A stretch of DNA of 61,042 nucleotides, filler included, from Candidatus Lindowbacteria bacterium RIFCSPLOWO2_12_FULL_62_27 (GTDB lineage Bacteria > Lindowbacteria > 2-12-FULL-62-27): NCBI GenBank assembly GCA_001784175.1. It is 2 parts of 2 records of this genome, joined end to end, with 100 filler letters (N's around TTAATTAATTAA, not from the genome) between each part and the next. Parts side by side here need not be neighbours in the genome. Positions count along the whole stretch, not along the records: positions 32,020 to 61,042 come from MFPR01000017.1; 1 more part is not named here. One strand, written 5' to 3'. Both the position numbers and the translations under genes were made by a program. The notes under the pieces were generated by a model. The model searched no databases. It saw only the letters and a list, made by a program, of their open reading frames with translations, and was not told where the DNA came from. Positions 58,534 through 61,042 of this stretch are shown in pieces; within the stretch, counting starts at the first letter, position 1; each line of letters begins with the position of its first letter.

Positions 58534-61042
58534 ATGCGCAAACTGTTACCCTTTCTTCTAACCGCATTTCTCGTCACATTTATTGCTTCATATTTTACAG
58601 AGCGAAGTGACCGATTTGGTGGTTGGCGGCAACAGGACATTTTTCGGCGGGCCGAAGCGGATTCTTTGTGGCGCCAGCTTGCTGCATCCGAAACTGCCGA
58701 TACCCTGTATCTTTTAGCTCTCGTTGAACCGACGGAAAGCCGCGCGGCCGATGCTACGCTGAGGCTCTATCGTTTGGAACCGGGGAGTGAAAGGACCACC
58801 AAAGCGCTATTTGGTTCTCTGATGGAAGTCGAAAAAGGCCTGAGCGATGAACAACAAACCGAAATCACCAAGGCATTTTACGCCAGCAATCCCCCTGTTG
58901 TTTTCATGTCAAAATTTCATACCCGCCGTGGATTAATGGATTTGGTGAACAGCCAATTTGAATCCGCCAAATCGCATCTTGCCACAGCAGTAAAGATCGA
59001 TACGGACGTGGAGCCTGCTTACTGGGATTATCTTCTGGCGTTGCATGCAATATCATGTAAATCGCTTCATGATTTCGAGCGCGTCCCCTGGGACACGGCC
59101 ACCCTTCCCACACGCACGCGAACAGATTTCGAGCGGTTGCGGCACATCTGGAACCTGCCGCCGGAAACAACAAAAAGCATTCTGGATTCGATTCGTTATG
59201 TCATCAGACATAAGAACGAGGAAGCCTACCAGAAACTTTTCGATGCTATCGCCGTTACACCCGACAGCCACCATCTGATTCCATGGCTTCAGGCGCAGGC
59301 GATCGTCACGGGCATAAATGCGATCGATTACGACATCTCCGGTTCCCATCAGGTCCAACTCCTTCGGGGTGATTCTATTATTCAGTATTACGAAAAGTAT
59401 TCCCACCGGGACACGGAGGTTGCATTAAGTACAACCGAGAGCGTCTGGCGTGGGTTCAACATTAATCGAATATGGAACGCAAATCATCACATGTCTTTGG
59501 CGCCATACTTTGAGAGGCTGTATTCGGCAGAACCGGTCAAAAGGGCCGCATTGATGTCTCTCTCATGGGCGGCCGCAAAAAGATATGAGATGGCAGTGCG
59601 GGAAGGTGCAACGTACATAAACTCGACGGATCGAACAATTCTGCCAGATCAGTATGCCTGGTACTACATGCGTTGGCTGAATCACCTCGGCAGACACGAT
59701 GAAGTTCTCCAAATGGTCCAACAAATTCCACCAGAAAAAAGATCCTATTACGAATGGGAACCACTGTTTGACGCTCTCAAGGCTCAGATGGATATGCATG
59801 CGCTCATTTCGGGCTTGGAAGTAAAGATCAAGAACGACGTGAGTAATTTTGACGGTTACTACTACGCCCATGACACGCTGCAGTATCGAAAATGGAAAGA
59901 TCGGGCATCAAGTCAACTCTGGAAGATATGGTATTCGCGCAGGTCGCGCCTCTGGTTGTTTGCCGGTCTGTTTCTCATTGGCTGGCTTGCAGCTCTCACC
60001 CGGTCGAAAATGATTTTGAAACGGTTCGAATCCGCACAAACAGATCGCTTCACAGCAGTGAGGCAGATCATGAGCGTGAAGGCCGCGCTCTTATTTTTTT
60101 CAATGACCATTTACATTTTGTTTGATATCTACGTCCTCAGATTTTACCGCCCCCTGCAATATTTTGAGTGGATTACCCTGGATCGACTGGTTCATATCGG
60201 GCCGATGCTGTTTGTAGCCATCGTTGCCAGCACTGCGACCTACGTTTCTCTGGCGCCACTGGCGGGTCATCATGCAACAATTCCGACCTATTTTCGATTT
60301 AATGTGTCATTCATCGGTCTGTTGATCGTGGCCCCTCTGACAGTAGTTTATTTGGCTTACGATTTATTGGATCGCCTGAATCCGATTTACACATTCTCAA
60401 TGCCGACATTCATTTCCCGTTTTTCCGCGGCTTTGTGTTTCTGTGTTTTGGGCGTCCTCTCGATGAATTTGGCATGGTTATTTAAATTTCATGAAATGCC
60501 AGCCGGTGAAATGCGGAACAAACTGGAAAAACTCGCTCATAAGCTCAAGAGAAAAATAAACGCATTCTACGTCGTCGATTTTCTTGGATTAAAAATATTC
60601 AACGCCTTTGCCCAACTACGATGGTTACATAAAAGAGAAGTGGCGTTCAGCGCGGATATGCTTGTGGAGTTTACGCCAGATGAAATCGAGGCCGTGGCAG
60701 GACATGAATTCGCCCATCATGAACTAAGGCATTTGGAGATACGGCAGGGTCTTTTTGTGATTCTTGTTGCCCTTGCCATGTCGATTTCACCCCTTTTGGA
60801 ACCATTATGGGACTCTTCTTGGCAGGCCTGGATTATGGAGATCACGATCTTGTTTTATTTCCTATTTCTCGCAACTCTGCTCTCCAGAAAACACGAGATC
60901 GCAGCCGATAGGTTTAACGTACGGCACTTGGTGCACCCTTGGGCGTGGCGGAAGGCCATTTTAAAACTTCAAGTGCAAAATTTTGTATTGGCCAATGAGG
61001 ATCAAGATACACATCCCACCATACGTCAACGGCTGGTGGCGC
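58534..61042 (+). CDS. M48-family zinc metalloprotease (HtpX/Ste24-like) with long N-terminal extension; runs off the window
   Basis: Absent from the ORF track, consistent with no stop before the window end; frame reads MRKLLPFLL...NAFA...EIEAVAGHEFAH...EIAAD...THPTIRQRL. Confidence 0.8.
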   Translation, partial: MRKLLPFLLTAFLVTFIASYFTERSDRFGGWRQQDIFRRAEADSLWRQLAASETADTLYLLALVEPTESRAADATLRLYRLEPGSERTTKALFGSLMEVEKGLSDEQQTEITKAFYASNPPVVFMSKFHTRRGLMDLVNSQFESAKSHLATAVKIDTDVEPAYWDYLLALHAISCKSLHDFERVPWDTATLPTRTRTDFERLRHIWNLPPETTKSILDSIRYVIRHKNEEAYQKLFDAIAVTPDSHHLIPWLQAQAIVTGINAIDYDISGSHQVQLLRGDSIIQYYEKYSHRDTEVALSTTESVWRGFNINRIWNANHHMSLAPYFERLYSAEPVKRAALMSLSWAAAKRYEMAVREGATYINSTDRTILPDQYAWYYMRWLNHLGRHDEVLQMVQQIPPEKRSYYEWEPLFDALKAQMDMHALISGLEVKIKNDVSNFDGYYYAHDTLQYRKWKDRASSQLWKIWYSRRSRLWLFAGLFLIGWLAALTRSKMILKRFESAQTDRFTAVRQIMSVKAALLFFSMTIYILFDIYVLRFYRPLQYFEWITLDRLVHIGPMLFVAIVASTATYVSLAPLAGHHATIPTYFRFNVSFIGLLIVAPLTVVYLAYDLLDRLNPIYTFSMPTFISRFSAALCFCVLGVLSMNLAWLFKFHEMPAGEMRNKLEKLAHKLKRKINAFYVVDFLGLKIFNAFAQLRWLHKREVAFSADMLVEFTPDEIEAVAGHEFAHHELRHLEIRQGLFVILVALAMSISPLLEPLWDSSWQAWIMEITILFYFLFLATLLSRKHEIAADRFNVRHLVHPWAWRKAILKLQVQNFVLANEDQDTHPTIRQRLVA

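Overview
Bacterial DNA made of two segments joined by an artificial 100-nt N-linker containing TTAATTAATTAA (31920-32019), so the two halves may not be adjacent in the genome. Left (1-31919) is a defence-type island. It carries a TPR gene and rmuC overlapping a DISARM-like operon: DrmD-type SNF2 helicase, N6-adenine methyltransferase, an inserted RelE-like/UvrD/TPR protein, and a 1986-aa DEAH-DUF1998-Vsr-like-S24 fusion, with no drmC seen. A TM0106-type nuclease is bracketed by a 37-bp imperfect direct repeat. A convergent three-gene module encodes PP2C, an ECF sigma factor and a Ser/Thr kinase fused to an Upf1-like helicase and Vsr-like nuclease. Right (32020-61042) begins with a roughly 880-nt hairpin-dense non-coding region ending in a terminator, then an intact IS630 and phage/plasmid-type early genes (PD-(D/E)XK nuclease, ArdC, PIN pair). 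A compact HK97 head/terminase/lysis cluster follows with no recognisable portal, small terminase, tail or integrase. The window ends in a run of envelope genes and a truncated M48 peptidase. The best candidates for undescribed systems are the PP2C/ECF/kinase-helicase-nuclease module with its possible promoter motif, the large structured RNA candidate, the RmuC-linked DISARM variant and the portal-less capsid cluster. All family calls come from motif reading by eye; no database search was run.
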